Positions 8,889 to 17,983 are shown, counted from the stretch's first letter. The stretch: DNA of 26,122 nucleotides from Deltaproteobacteria bacterium (GCA_037446735.1 JBBIHZ010000001.1:1-26122); one strand, 5' to 3'. A program made the numbers and translations. Notes: generated by a model from the letters alone, not told the origin.

Positions 8889-9368
8889 ATGAAAAAGGAA
8901 AACACAGGAGAAAAGCTTATCGCCTCCAATAAAACCGCGCGCCGTGATTACGAAATAACGGATAAGCTGGAAGCGGGGATGGTGCTTACCGGCACGGAGG
9001 TCAAAGCGCTGCGCGCGGGAAATGCCAATTTGAAAGACAGCTACGCGGTTGTTAAAGATAATGAGGTTTTTCTACGCGAACTGCATATTGGCCACTACGA
9101 TCACGGCAATCGTTACAATCATGATCCGCTGCGCGCACGGAAGCTTCTTTTGCATAAACGGGAGATCCGTCGCCTTTTCGGAAAATCACGCGAAAAAGGA
9201 TTGTCATTAATTCCTCTGCGCCTTTATTTCAAAAGAAGTATGGTCAAAGTGGAAATAGGTGTGGGTAGGGGCAAAAAGTTATATGACCGCCGTCAGGATA
9301 TCAAAAGAAGGGAAGAGCGCCGGGACATATCCCGTGCCTTCAAATCAAAAAACATAAAAATTAAATAA
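8889..9368 (+). CDS. smpB: SsrA-binding protein SmpB
   Basis: [35 protein letters not shown] and [10 protein letters not shown]; lies directly upstream of tmRNA. Confidence 0.97.
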   Translation: MKKENTGEKLIASNKTARRDYEITDKLEAGMVLTGTEVKALRAGNANLKDSYAVVKDNEVFLRELHIGHYDHGNRYNHDPLRARKLLLHKREIRRLFGKSREKGLSLIPLRLYFKRSMVKVEIGVGRGKKLYDRRQDIKRREERRDISRAFKSKNIKIK

Positions 9369-9440
9369 GCGTACTTAGTAAACTTGAAATAAATCCTTAT
9401 ATTTGTAATAGTTTTTGGCACCACCGGGTGAATTGTTTTT

Positions 9441-9469
9441 TTGACAAAAAGTCATTTACTTAATATATT
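9441..9469 (+). promoter_or_regulatory. sigma70 promoter of ssrA
   Basis: TTGACA (9441-9446), 17 nt, TATATT (9464-9469), ending 12 nt before the mature tmRNA 5' end. Confidence 0.75.
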
Positions 9470-9481
9470 AAATAAAAAATT

Positions 9482-9833
9482 GGGGGCGTCACGGTTTCGA
9501 CGAGGACATTTGAAGTTGTAGATGCGCACCGAGGTTCCTACAGGCCTCGTTAAACAGGTAGGAAACATATAATCGCAGACAACTACGATTACGCTTTAGC
9601 CGCTTAAGTCGGCTAACGTTCCAACCGGTTTTCCTGTCGGCTGGCCAGGAACGTCATTAAGGCAGGATAGCCAAACTTTTTTCCTGAAGAAGCAAGGCGA
9701 AATCTAATCAGGATAGCGCGGCGCGATCCCGCCTTTGGGAGCAAGCCGGCGTGAATTTAAAGCAAAGGCTATGTGCGTAGATTCTCCAGCGGAAGGTTTT
9801 CGGACGCGGGTTCGACTCCCGCCGCCTCCACCA
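9482..9833 (+). ncRNA. ssrA: tmRNA (one-piece, 352 nt)
   Basis: 5' GGGGGCG pairs with 3' CGCCTCC-A-CCA, including the G3.U alanine determinant. Also GGTTTCGAC near the 5' end, T-arm GCGGG-TTCGACT-CCCGC, and an internal tag ORF. Confidence 0.97.
9575..9607 (+). other. tmRNA tag reading frame encoding (A)ADNYDYALAA*
   Basis: gca gac aac tac gat tac gct tta gcc gct taa; canonical GCA resume codon and C-terminal YALAA. Confidence 0.9.
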
Positions 9834-9850
9834 AAAGATGCTGCCTGAAA

Positions 9851-9871
9851 TATTTATTCACGGAATAAATA
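9851..9871. promoter_or_regulatory. 9-3-9 inverted repeat between ssrA and nifU
   Basis: TATTTATTC-acg-GAATAAATA; perfect but AT-rich; function unknown. Confidence 0.35.
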
Positions 9872-9947
9872 AAGTCCGGAAATTATTTTTACAAGTGGCA
9901 TGAAGCAGCGATTTTAAAATTTTATCCTCATCAGTAAGGAGCGAATC

Positions 9948-10769
9948 ATGTGGGAATATACCGATAAAGTAAAAGATCACTTTTTGAATCCGCGAAATGT
10001 GGGTGAGATTGAAAATCCCGACGGCGTGGCCGAGGTTGGGTCGCTCGCCTGCGGTGACGCGCTGAAGCTTACTTTTAAGCTTGATGAAAATAAAAAAATC
10101 AAAGACGCCAAATTCAAGACTTTCGGTTGCGCCAGCGCGATTGCCTCTTCCTCCGCCCTTACAGAAATGATTAAGGGCATGACAGTGGACGAAGCCCTAA
10201 AAGTGACCAACCGGGATATCGCCAAATATCTGGGAGGGCTGCCGGATGAAAAAATGCATTGCTCCGTTTTAGGAAAACAGGCCCTGGAAAAAGCAGTTGA
10301 AAATTATCGCGGTGTTCCGGCGGCCAGCGCTGATGAAAAGATAATCTGCGGATGCTTCGGCGTTACGGATAAGGAGATAGAAAAAGCAATCAGGGAAAAT
10401 AATCTCACTACCATCGAAGAAGTCACCAACTACACTAAAGCCGGGGGAGGCTGCGGCGGCTGTCATGAAGATATCCAGGCTATTATTGATAGGGTAAAAA
10501 AAGAAGCGAAGCCTGTAAAACCGAAAATGACGAACCTGCAGAAAATTCAGATGATTCAGGAGACAATCGAAAGAGAGATCAGGCCTTCGCTTAAGCACGA
10601 CGGCGGCGATATAGAAATTATCGATATTATCGGCAATCGCGTTCTCGTAGCCACGCGCGGCGCCTGCGCCACCTGCAAGGCCTCCAACATTACCTTGAAA
10701 AATTTTGTGGAATTTAAATTGAAGGAATTTGTCTCGCCTGATTTGATCGTGGAGGAGGTGGAAAAGTGA
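9948..10769 (+). CDS. nifU: Three-domain Fe-S scaffold NifU
   Basis: IscU-like domain (ACGD, FGCASA, MHCS), BFD-like CGC...GGGCGGC and C-terminal Nfu CATC; RBS AAGGAG. Confidence 0.95.
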   Translation: MWEYTDKVKDHFLNPRNVGEIENPDGVAEVGSLACGDALKLTFKLDENKKIKDAKFKTFGCASAIASSSALTEMIKGMTVDEALKVTNRDIAKYLGGLPDEKMHCSVLGKQALEKAVENYRGVPAASADEKIICGCFGVTDKEIEKAIRENNLTTIEEVTNYTKAGGGCGGCHEDIQAIIDRVKKEAKPVKPKMTNLQKIQMIQETIEREIRPSLKHDGGDIEIIDIIGNRVLVATRGACATCKASNITLKNFVEFKLKEFVSPDLIVEEVEK

Positions 10770-11938
10770 GCGTAATATATCTGGATAATAACGCGACCAC
10801 ACAGGTAGCTGAGGAAGTTCTGGAAGCGATGCTCCCTTATTTCCGTGAATTTTACGGAAATCCATCCAGCATGCACACTTTCGGCGGCCAGGTGGGACAA
10901 AAAATTCGCGCGGCGCGGGAACAGGTTGCCGCACTTATCGGCGCAATGCCGGAAGAAATCATATTTACCAGTTGCGGCACCGAAAGCGACAATTCCGCTA
11001 TTCGGTCCGCCTTGGTGACTCAACCGGATAAAAAACACATTATAACCAGCCGCGTGGAACATCCGGCGGTGCGGGCGTTATGCGCGCATCTCGCCACTCA
11101 GGGGTATAGGATAACCGAACTGCCGGTAGATAAGAATGGAATTTTGGATCTGGAAAATCTGGAAAAAAATATGACTCCGGACACGGCTATCGTGAGTCTG
11201 ATGTGGGGCAACAATGAGACAGGAGTGATATTTCCCGTGGCGGAAGCGGCGGCAATGGCGCATGAAAAAGGCATTTTATTCCACACCGACGCCGTCCAGG
11301 TGGCGGGCAAAATCCCGATAAACATGCAGAAAAACGTTATCGATATGCTTTCCATCTCCGGACATAAACTGCACGCCCCAAAAGGCGTTGGTGTTTTATA
11401 CATTCGCCGGGGCACTAAATATTCGCCTTTTTTGATTGGCGGACATCAGGAAAAAGAACGTCGTGGCGGAACGGAGAACGCGCCCGGCATTATCGGCCTG
11501 GGCAAGGCCTGCGAACTGGCGGCAAAAAATATGGATAAGGAAAATACCTGCGTGAATAAACTGCGCGATAAGCTCGAAGGAGAACTTTTAAAAAGAATAC
11601 CGCAGAGCCGCGTGAACGGAGAAACGGAAAACCGCCTGCCCAACACCACGAATATCAGTTTTGAATATGTGGAAGGAGAGGCCATCCTGCTTTTGATGAA
11701 CGAACTGGGAATTTGCGCCTCCTCCGGTTCCGCCTGCACGTCAGGATCCCTCCAGCCATCGCATGTTCTGCGTGCGATGGGCGTTCCTTTTACCATGGCT
11801 CACGGTTCCGTGCGCTTCAGTTTAAGCATTTATAACACGGAGAAAGAAATCGATTTTGTCATTGAAAAAATGCCCGCGATTATCGAGCGTTTGCGCGGCA
11901 TGTCGCCTTTCTGGAACCAGGCCTGCACAAATCAATAG
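10766..11938 (+). CDS. nifS: Cysteine desulfurase NifS (group I)
   Basis: YLDNNATT, HTDAVQ, SGHKLH (PLP Lys) and SSGSACTS (group I catalytic Cys). The GTG start overlaps the nifU stop. Confidence 0.95.
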   Translation: MSVIYLDNNATTQVAEEVLEAMLPYFREFYGNPSSMHTFGGQVGQKIRAAREQVAALIGAMPEEIIFTSCGTESDNSAIRSALVTQPDKKHIITSRVEHPAVRALCAHLATQGYRITELPVDKNGILDLENLEKNMTPDTAIVSLMWGNNETGVIFPVAEAAAMAHEKGILFHTDAVQVAGKIPINMQKNVIDMLSISGHKLHAPKGVGVLYIRRGTKYSPFLIGGHQEKERRGGTENAPGIIGLGKACELAAKNMDKENTCVNKLRDKLEGELLKRIPQSRVNGETENRLPNTTNISFEYVEGEAILLLMNELGICASSGSACTSGSLQPSHVLRAMGVPFTMAHGSVRFSLSIYNTEKEIDFVIEKMPAIIERLRGMSPFWNQACTNQ

Positions 11939-11952
11939 AGGAGAATGTTTAA

Positions 11953-12909
11953 ATGAAAAGCGCCCGCAGCGACGATGAATGCAAACAAGAATTAAGCGCC
12001 GCCCACGATTTTCGGGCGGCCATCCCGGATATCGTGGACGAACTTGTCTTGTCGTGTAACAGGGAGGGTTGTTTCGACCATGTGAGCACCGAGCCAATAC
12101 CTTACCGGGAAGCAATTATCGATATTATCAGGCGCCTGGCACTTATCCTTTATCCGGGTTATTTTATCAAGACGAGGCTGGATCAGACCAATCTCGAGTA
12201 TTATCTCGGTCAGCAGGTGACATCGCTTTATGAAGTTTTATCCGAACAGGTGATTCTGGCGCTCAGGCATGATTGCATCCGGCATAATCAGTCGTGCATA
12301 AAATGTGAAGAGACGGGCCAGAAAATTACAATCGAATTTTTAAAAGGTTTGACAAAAATCAGAACAATGCTGGCCAAGGACATTCGCGCATCTTATGAAG
12401 GTGATCCCGCGGCCAAGGGTTATGACGAAATAATATTCAGCTATCCAGGCCTCTGGGCGATTATGGTTTACCGCGTGGCGCATGAACTTTATCACCTGAA
12501 TGTGCCGCTGATACCCAGGATCATGACGGAGCACGCGCACAGCCTGACCGGCATTGACATTCATCCGGCGGCGCATATCGGAGAAAGTTTTTTCATCGAT
12601 CACGGAACAGGCGTGGTCATTGGAGAAACATGCACCATTGGCGACCGCGTGCGCATTTATCAGGGCGTGACTTTGGGAGCATTGTCGCTCTCGCGGGAGG
12701 ACTGTCAGAACCTGCGCAATCAGAAACGCCATCCGACAATCGGCAACGATGTAATTATCTACGCCAACGCCACGATTCTGGGCGGTAAAACGGTTATCGG
12801 AGACCGCGCGGTAATCGGCGGCAACGTCTGGATGACTTCTTCAGTTCCTGCCGACGCGGAAGTGTTTTTGGAAAAACAAAATTATGTTTTTGCTGATAAG
12901 AAAAAATAG
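11953..12909 (+). CDS. cysE: Serine O-acetyltransferase (long EpsC/CysE type)
   Basis: GDPAA, EIIFSYPG, TGIDIHPAA.IG..FFIDHGTGVVIGET, QGVTLG, KRHPT and hexapeptide repeats. Confidence 0.92.
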   Translation: MKSARSDDECKQELSAAHDFRAAIPDIVDELVLSCNREGCFDHVSTEPIPYREAIIDIIRRLALILYPGYFIKTRLDQTNLEYYLGQQVTSLYEVLSEQVILALRHDCIRHNQSCIKCEETGQKITIEFLKGLTKIRTMLAKDIRASYEGDPAAKGYDEIIFSYPGLWAIMVYRVAHELYHLNVPLIPRIMTEHAHSLTGIDIHPAAHIGESFFIDHGTGVVIGETCTIGDRVRIYQGVTLGALSLSREDCQNLRNQKRHPTIGNDVIIYANATILGGKTVIGDRAVIGGNVWMTSSVPADAEVFLEKQNYVFADKKK

Positions 12910-12974
12910 AATAACCAAATGGTTTATTCGCCGTCCGTAAGGATATTTCATGAAAGTTGCCGTTTTATTTTATT

Positions 12975-15900
12975 TCATTTCATCGGGGCAGGAACATGAT
13001 CTCTTAATAATTCAGCAAATTTGTCTGCAGGTATTGGCCGGCTAAAATAATATCCCTGCAATTCATCGCAGGAACGCTCGCGCAGGAAATTCATCTGTTC
13101 TTCCGTTTCCACCCCTTCGGCTACTACAGTTAAACTAAGTGTTTTTCCCATGGAAATAATTGCTTCAGTAATTGCTTTGTCTTCCGAAGCGCTGGGAAGA
13201 TTACGGATAAAAGAACGGTCGACCTTAAGAGCGTCCACAGGGAAACGTTTAAGCTGCGCCAAGGATGAATATCCGGTGCCAAAATCATCGATAGCCAGCC
13301 GTACTCCCAGTCTTTTTATGCTGGCCAGGACGCCGATCATACGGCCGGGGTTATGCATGACCATGCTTTCCGTGATTTCCAATTCTAAAAGCTCAGGTCT
13401 CATGCCGGCTTCTTTCAGGGCTTTTTCAATGTCGTAAATAAGGTTTTCATCCAGCAACTGTCGCAGGGATAAATTAACGGCTATGCAAACCGGGGGCAGT
13501 CCTTCATTTTGCCAGGCGACATTCTGCCTGCAGGCGGTTTGGATAACCCAACGTCCGATGGGAACGATGAGGCCTGATTCCTCGGCCACGGGAATAAATT
13601 GCAATGGGGCAATATCACCTAAATAAGCGTTATTCCACCTCAGGAGAGCTTCCACGCCGGTAATCGCGCCGGTTTTAAAATCAAGTTTTGCCTGATAAGC
13701 CAGTTTAAACTCTTCTTTTTCCAAGGCGAAACGAAGCTGTGTTTCGATAGATAAGCGTTCAATGGATTGAGATTTTATGTCCTTGGAATAGAGTTGAAAA
13801 TTATTTTTACCCTCCTCTTTGGCGAAATACATAGCGATATCGGCATTTTTCATCAATGTCTGTTCGTCTTGCCCATCGCTGGGATAAATACTGACGCCAA
13901 TGCTCGCGGTGACACGGCACTCTTGCCGCATGATCGTCATGGGTTTCATGGCCGTGGCAATAAGCTTATGCGCGACGACGGCTACCTGACCGGTGTCGCT
14001 GATTTCTTCAATCATCACGACAAATTCATCTCCACCCAGGCGCGCGACAACATCCATGGCGCGCAGTGTCTGGCGGAAACGCGCGGCTATTTCCCGCAGA
14101 AGCTGGTCACCGGCGTCGTGGCCCAGGGTATCATTGATGATTTTAAAGCGGTCCAGATCAATAAAAAAAACGGCGAGTTTTCTGCCATAGCGCTTCGCGC
14201 TCTCGATGGCATGACTGAGAAGCTGGCCGAACAGCACGCGGTTGGGAAGGCCGGTAAGGCTATCGTGCGTGGCCATATACTGGATTTTTTCTTCCTGGAG
14301 TTTGCGTTCAGTGACGTCGCGGGCGATTCCCCTGAACCCTATCGGTTCGCCCTGGGCGTTTCTGATGAGCGCCACGGAAATTTCATTGAACAATTTTGTT
14401 CCGTCTTTGCTGATGACTTCGAGATCATGCGCTTTGACCGGTTCGCCTGTTCTATAAACATTGTTGAAGAGGTGAAAGAGGAGTTTAGAGTTTTTTTCGT
14501 CGGTATATCGGCGCCGGTTCATCCCGATGAGTTCATCATGACTGTAGCCGAGGTTGCGGCACTCCGCTTCGTTGACAAAAGTAAAATTCCCCCTGAGATC
14601 CGTTTCAAAGTATCCGTCTTCCATCTGTTCAATAATACTGCGGTATCTTTGTTCAGACTGGAGTATTTTTTCTTCCATTTGCCTGCGTTCGGTAATATCC
14701 CTGGCGATGCCGCGAAAACCTATTATCTCGCCTTTTTCGTTTTTTAGAGGAAATCCGTTGAGTTCGGCGATTCCGATTGTGCCGTCCTTGTGAACGGCTC
14801 GATAGATGGTGTTTCTTACAGGCTCGCCCGTTATATAAATTTTATTGAAAGCTCCAACAACAACAGGAACGTCTTCTTTGAAGATGAAACTTATGGAATT
14901 CTTTCCCGCCATTTCTTCCGGAGAATAGCCCAGCAGACGAGCGCTTGTGTTCGAAAGAAGCGTGTAGTTGCCGGCAAGGTCTACTTCGAAATAAGCGTCA
15001 TTCATCTCCTCCAAGATCGTGCGATATTTTTCCTCGGATTGGCGCAGCGCCTCTTCCATTTTTTTGCGCTGGGTAACGTCACGCGTAATGCCGCGGAACC
15101 CGATTTTTTTACCGTTTTTATCCTTGATCAGCGACAGTGATAACTCGTAAATTCCAATTGAATTATCTTTCCTTACGCATTCAATTTCCCCAATTGCGGG
15201 GTTGCCCGTTTGGTAAACATCGGTATAAATTTTAACCGTTTTTTCGAAATTAACATCAGTTTGGAAGATACGGCTGTTCCTGCCGATCAACTCTTCACGG
15301 GAGTATTCGAGGTGTTTACAAAGCATGTCATTGAAAAAAATGAGGTTACCGGAAAGGTCCGTCTCGTAATAAGCGTCATTAATCGATTCGATGATGGTAC
15401 GATATTTTTCCTCGGATTGGCGCAGCGCCGTTTCGGCGGCTTTCCGTTCTGTGACATCGCGCGATATACCGCGGAAACCCGTTATTTTGCCTTCTTTGTT
15501 TTTTATAAGCGATACGGATATTTCGTGGACTGCCTGTTTTCCGTTTTTTTTGGTAAGTTCTAAATCGTATGCTTTAATAGGTTGATCCGTTTTATAAACA
15601 TCAACAAAAGTGCGATACATTGTTTGATAATATTGTTCGTCGGCGAATAATCGGGAATCGTTGCCGATTAATTCTTCTCGCGAATATCCTGTGTTTCTGC
15701 ACTCGGCGTCGTTGACAAAGGTAAATTTTCCTTTCAGGTCGGTTTCAAAATAACCGTCCGTCATCTGCTCAATTATGGAGCGGTATCTTTCTTCCGACTG
15801 GCGGAGCTGCTCTTCCATCTGTTTGCGCTCAGTAATGTCACGGGAAACTCCCCGGAAACCAATGGGTTTTCCTTTTGCGTCTTTTATGATTGTTACGGAA

Positions 15901-17036
15901 GTTTCATACATCACAGGTGAGCCGTCCTTTTTGGCGGACACAACCTGCAGTGATTTTATGGGTATCCCGGCAAGATACAGATCAGTATAAGCCTTATTTA
16001 CTATCTGGTAATTCTCTTCATTCGGCATGTGTTGACGGGCGCTCATTCCAATCAATTCTTCTCTTGTGTATCCCAGCAGTTGGCAATTGGCATCGTTAAC
16101 AAAAGTATAAGTGCCGTTCAAATCAAGCTCAAAGTAGCCTTCCTGAATGTTTTCTATAATACTTCTATATTTCTCTTCGCTTTGACGCAAAGATTCTTCG
16201 ATTTGTTTGCGAGCGGTGATATCCCTGGTAATTCCTCTGAAGCCGATTGGATTTCCTGCGGCGTCCTTGATTAAAGATGCTGAAACTTCAATCTGCTTTT
16301 TGTTTCCATCTTTCGTGCTGATTTCATAATCAAAAATGGAGCCGCTTTTTCCGGATTTGTATATTTCGTTAAAAGCGGTGAAGGCCTTTTTGGCATTTGC
16401 CGTGTCCACATATTGACGGTTTTCCATGCCGATTAATTCTTTTTCGGGATAGCCGTGGATATTGCAAAGGGCATCATTAACAAAAGTAAAACGACCGGAA
16501 AGATCGATTTCAAAATACCCGTCATTGATATTTTCCAAAATAGAGCGATATTTATCTTCGCTTTGCCGCAGCGCTTCCTCGATGCTTTTCCGCTCCGTAA
16601 CGTCCATAAAGCTGCCCAGGACAGCGCGTTTTCCGCCGTAGTTCACGGATGAAATCTTTTCTATAATCCAGGTGGTTTCGCCGCTTTTTTTAATAAATCT
16701 GTATTCGAATGGTTTGCTTTTTTTTCCCTGCAAACTGTCAATAGCAAGTGTTTTTATTCTCTCTATGTCTTGAGGATAAATAAAATGTGAGGGGTTTTTG
16801 CCGATAAGATCCTTTGCGCAATAGCCGGTGATTTCCTCAAAAACAGGATTAACATAAACGAATTTTTTATCCTGGGATATGTATATGCCTATGCCAACAT
16901 AATTTAAAATGTCGTTGTAAGGGCGGTCAGAGTTTGCAGTGATCTTTTTTTCCCGTGGCGCTGCTTTTGTTTTAATAGTTTTTAGAGTGGTTTTGGTTTT
17001 TTTAGTTGGGGAACCGGATTTTTTTTTCAGAGTCAT
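12975..17036 (-). CDS. 7xPAS-GGDEF-EAL c-di-GMP enzyme
   Basis: Seven ~126-aa PAS-PAC units with RDITERKxxEE.LRQSEEKYR linkers. DLDRFK..ND..GH, RAMD I-site, GGDEF, EAL, ELEITE, DDFGTGYSSL, EGVE and QGY motifs are all present. Confidence 0.95.
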   Translation of the reverse strand: MTLKKKSGSPTKKTKTTLKTIKTKAAPREKKITANSDRPYNDILNYVGIGIYISQDKKFVYVNPVFEEITGYCAKDLIGKNPSHFIYPQDIERIKTLAIDSLQGKKSKPFEYRFIKKSGETTWIIEKISSVNYGGKRAVLGSFMDVTERKSIEEALRQSEDKYRSILENINDGYFEIDLSGRFTFVNDALCNIHGYPEKELIGMENRQYVDTANAKKAFTAFNEIYKSGKSGSIFDYEISTKDGNKKQIEVSASLIKDAAGNPIGFRGITRDITARKQIEESLRQSEEKYRSIIENIQEGYFELDLNGTYTFVNDANCQLLGYTREELIGMSARQHMPNEENYQIVNKAYTDLYLAGIPIKSLQVVSAKKDGSPVMYETSVTIIKDAKGKPIGFRGVSRDITERKQMEEQLRQSEERYRSIIEQMTDGYFETDLKGKFTFVNDAECRNTGYSREELIGNDSRLFADEQYYQTMYRTFVDVYKTDQPIKAYDLELTKKNGKQAVHEISVSLIKNKEGKITGFRGISRDVTERKAAETALRQSEEKYRTIIESINDAYYETDLSGNLIFFNDMLCKHLEYSREELIGRNSRIFQTDVNFEKTVKIYTDVYQTGNPAIGEIECVRKDNSIGIYELSLSLIKDKNGKKIGFRGITRDVTQRKKMEEALRQSEEKYRTILEEMNDAYFEVDLAGNYTLLSNTSARLLGYSPEEMAGKNSISFIFKEDVPVVVGAFNKIYITGEPVRNTIYRAVHKDGTIGIAELNGFPLKNEKGEIIGFRGIARDITERRQMEEKILQSEQRYRSIIEQMEDGYFETDLRGNFTFVNEAECRNLGYSHDELIGMNRRRYTDEKNSKLLFHLFNNVYRTGEPVKAHDLEVISKDGTKLFNEISVALIRNAQGEPIGFRGIARDVTERKLQEEKIQYMATHDSLTGLPNRVLFGQLLSHAIESAKRYGRKLAVFFIDLDRFKIINDTLGHDAGDQLLREIAARFRQTLRAMDVVARLGGDEFVVMIEEISDTGQVAVVAHKLIATAMKPMTIMRQECRVTASIGVSIYPSDGQDEQTLMKNADIAMYFAKEEGKNNFQLYSKDIKSQSIERLSIETQLRFALEKEEFKLAYQAKLDFKTGAITGVEALLRWNNAYLGDIAPLQFIPVAEESGLIVPIGRWVIQTACRQNVAWQNEGLPPVCIAVNLSLRQLLDENLIYDIEKALKEAGMRPELLELEITESMVMHNPGRMIGVLASIKRLGVRLAIDDFGTGYSSLAQLKRFPVDALKVDRSFIRNLPSASEDKAITEAIISMGKTLSLTVVAEGVETEEQMNFLRERSCDELQGYYFSRPIPADKFAELLRDHVPAPMK
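15022..15051. repeat. 30-bp exact direct repeat, copy 1 (PAS linker)
   Basis: CGATATTTTTCCTCGGATTGGCGCAGCGCC, identical to 15400-15429; spacing 378 bp = 126 codons. Confidence 0.9.
15400..15429. repeat. 30-bp exact direct repeat, copy 2 (PAS linker)
   Basis: Identical to 15022-15051. Confidence 0.9.
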
Positions 17037-17105
17037 GCACGCTGCCTCCCTAAGAGAATTAACTTGCGCTCAGGACATATTCTGTTTTTTAATGACTGTG
17101 GGAAT

Positions 17106-17134
17106 ATTATACAATAACCGGTTATAATTGAAAA
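17106..17134 (-). promoter_or_regulatory. Candidate promoter of the GGDEF-EAL gene with a palindrome in its spacer
   Basis: Minus strand TTTTCA (17134-17129), 17 nt, TATAAT (17111-17106). Perfect palindrome ATAACCGGTTAT at 17114-17125. Confidence 0.5.
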
Positions 17135-17150
17135 GAATAATCTTTAAATA

Positions 17151-17612
17151 TCAGGAATTTGCAGTTTGGCCTAAGATGCTTATTTCGTCTCCGGTGGCGA
17201 TTACGCCTTCAGTAAGAACACGGGCGAAAATTCCTTCCTTGGGCATTACGCAATCACCCACGGTGAAGAAAATTGCGCAGGGCTTGAGGCAGGACTTGCC
17301 GATTTGCGTGACTTCCAGAACAGCTTCACTGCCGATTTTCAATTTGGTTCCTAGTGGCAGGGTATGCAGTATCAATCCTTGTGTGGTAAGATTTTCCGCG
17401 AAATCGCCGCAATTTACCTCCAGCCCTTTTTCGCGGATCTTCTCAATGCTTTCCATCGCCAGCAGGCTGATTTGTCTTGATTTGTCTTCTCCGTGCGCGT
17501 CATTTTCCAGACCCGTATATCGCAGTACACGGCAGCGGCTTATGTTATTTTTTTTTTCGCCTTTATGGTTGCTGATGTTTACGGATAATATTTTAGCCAT
17601 ATCATTTTTCAT
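17151..17612 (-). CDS. Stand-alone MOSC-domain protein
   Basis: GLENDAH, RQISLL, GDFAENLTT, TQIGK.C...C and MPKEGIFARV. The ATG overlaps the ridA TGA (ATGA). Confidence 0.85.
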   Translation of the reverse strand: MKNDMAKILSVNISNHKGEKKNNISRCRVLRYTGLENDAHGEDKSRQISLLAMESIEKIREKGLEVNCGDFAENLTTQGLILHTLPLGTKLKIGSEAVLEVTQIGKSCLKPCAIFFTVGDCVMPKEGIFARVLTEGVIATGDEISILGQTANS

Positions 17613-17983
17613 CTGACGGCGATGGCGTCAATTTCCAGCAAAGCGCCTTTTGGTAAATTGGAGACTTCCACAGTCGAGCGCGCCGGCGGTTCATGAGGAA
17701 AATATTCGGAGTATATTTCATTGACGGCTGGAAAATCTTCAATATTTTTCAGATAAATCGTTGTTTTCACGATATTTTCCATTTTAAGGCCAATGCCGGA
17801 AAGAATTGCGCCGATGTTACGAAGAACCTGGTGCGTGGCCGCGTTTATTTCTCCAATTATCTCGCCGGTTTGCGAATTTATACCCAGTTGACCGGAAATA
17901 AAGATAAAGCCGCCTGCTTCTACCGCCACGGAATATGGTCCCGCGGCAGGAATATTCGATGATTTATGAATGATCCTTTCCAT
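17609..17983 (-). CDS. ridA: RidA-family enamine/imine deaminase
   Basis: GPYS, SGQ, PARS (catalytic Arg) and LPKGALLEIDAIA. Start re-assigned to ATG 17983 (GGGAG RBS) rather than track start 18058, which overlaps metW. Confidence 0.9.
   Translation of the reverse strand: MERIIHKSSNIPAAGPYSVAVEAGGFIFISGQLGINSQTGEIIGEINAATHQVLRNIGAILSGIGLKMENIVKTTIYLKNIEDFPAVNEIYSEYFPHEPPARSTVEVSNLPKGALLEIDAIAVR

Noticed and set aside
9801-9833. tRNA-like T-arm and CCA end
   Set aside because: It is the 3' domain of tmRNA; there is no anticodon arm and it pairs with 9482-9488.
9896-9911. sigma54-like TGGCATGAAGCAGC upstream of nifU
   Set aside because: GG and GC are separated by 9 nt, not the required 10, and the TT of TTGC is missing.
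9834-12909. Genomic island integrated at ssrA
   Set aside because: No integrase, no att duplication seen, and the gene content is housekeeping.
12908-12930. AATAACCA-AA-TGGTTTATT hairpin between convergent cysE and GGDEF-EAL genes
   Set aside because: AT-rich, bulged, with a 2-nt loop; too weak to call a terminator.
13767-14747. 326-aa plus-strand ORF and other long antisense ORFs (e.g. 3512-4237, 10269-10934, 17128-17616, 25670-26101)
   Set aside because: They are shadows of well-supported genes on the opposite strand, with no recognisable motifs or RBS.
14300-16925. Regularly spaced repeats that might suggest a CRISPR array
   Set aside because: The period is ~378 bp, the repeats are in-frame coding PAS linkers, and no cas genes are present.
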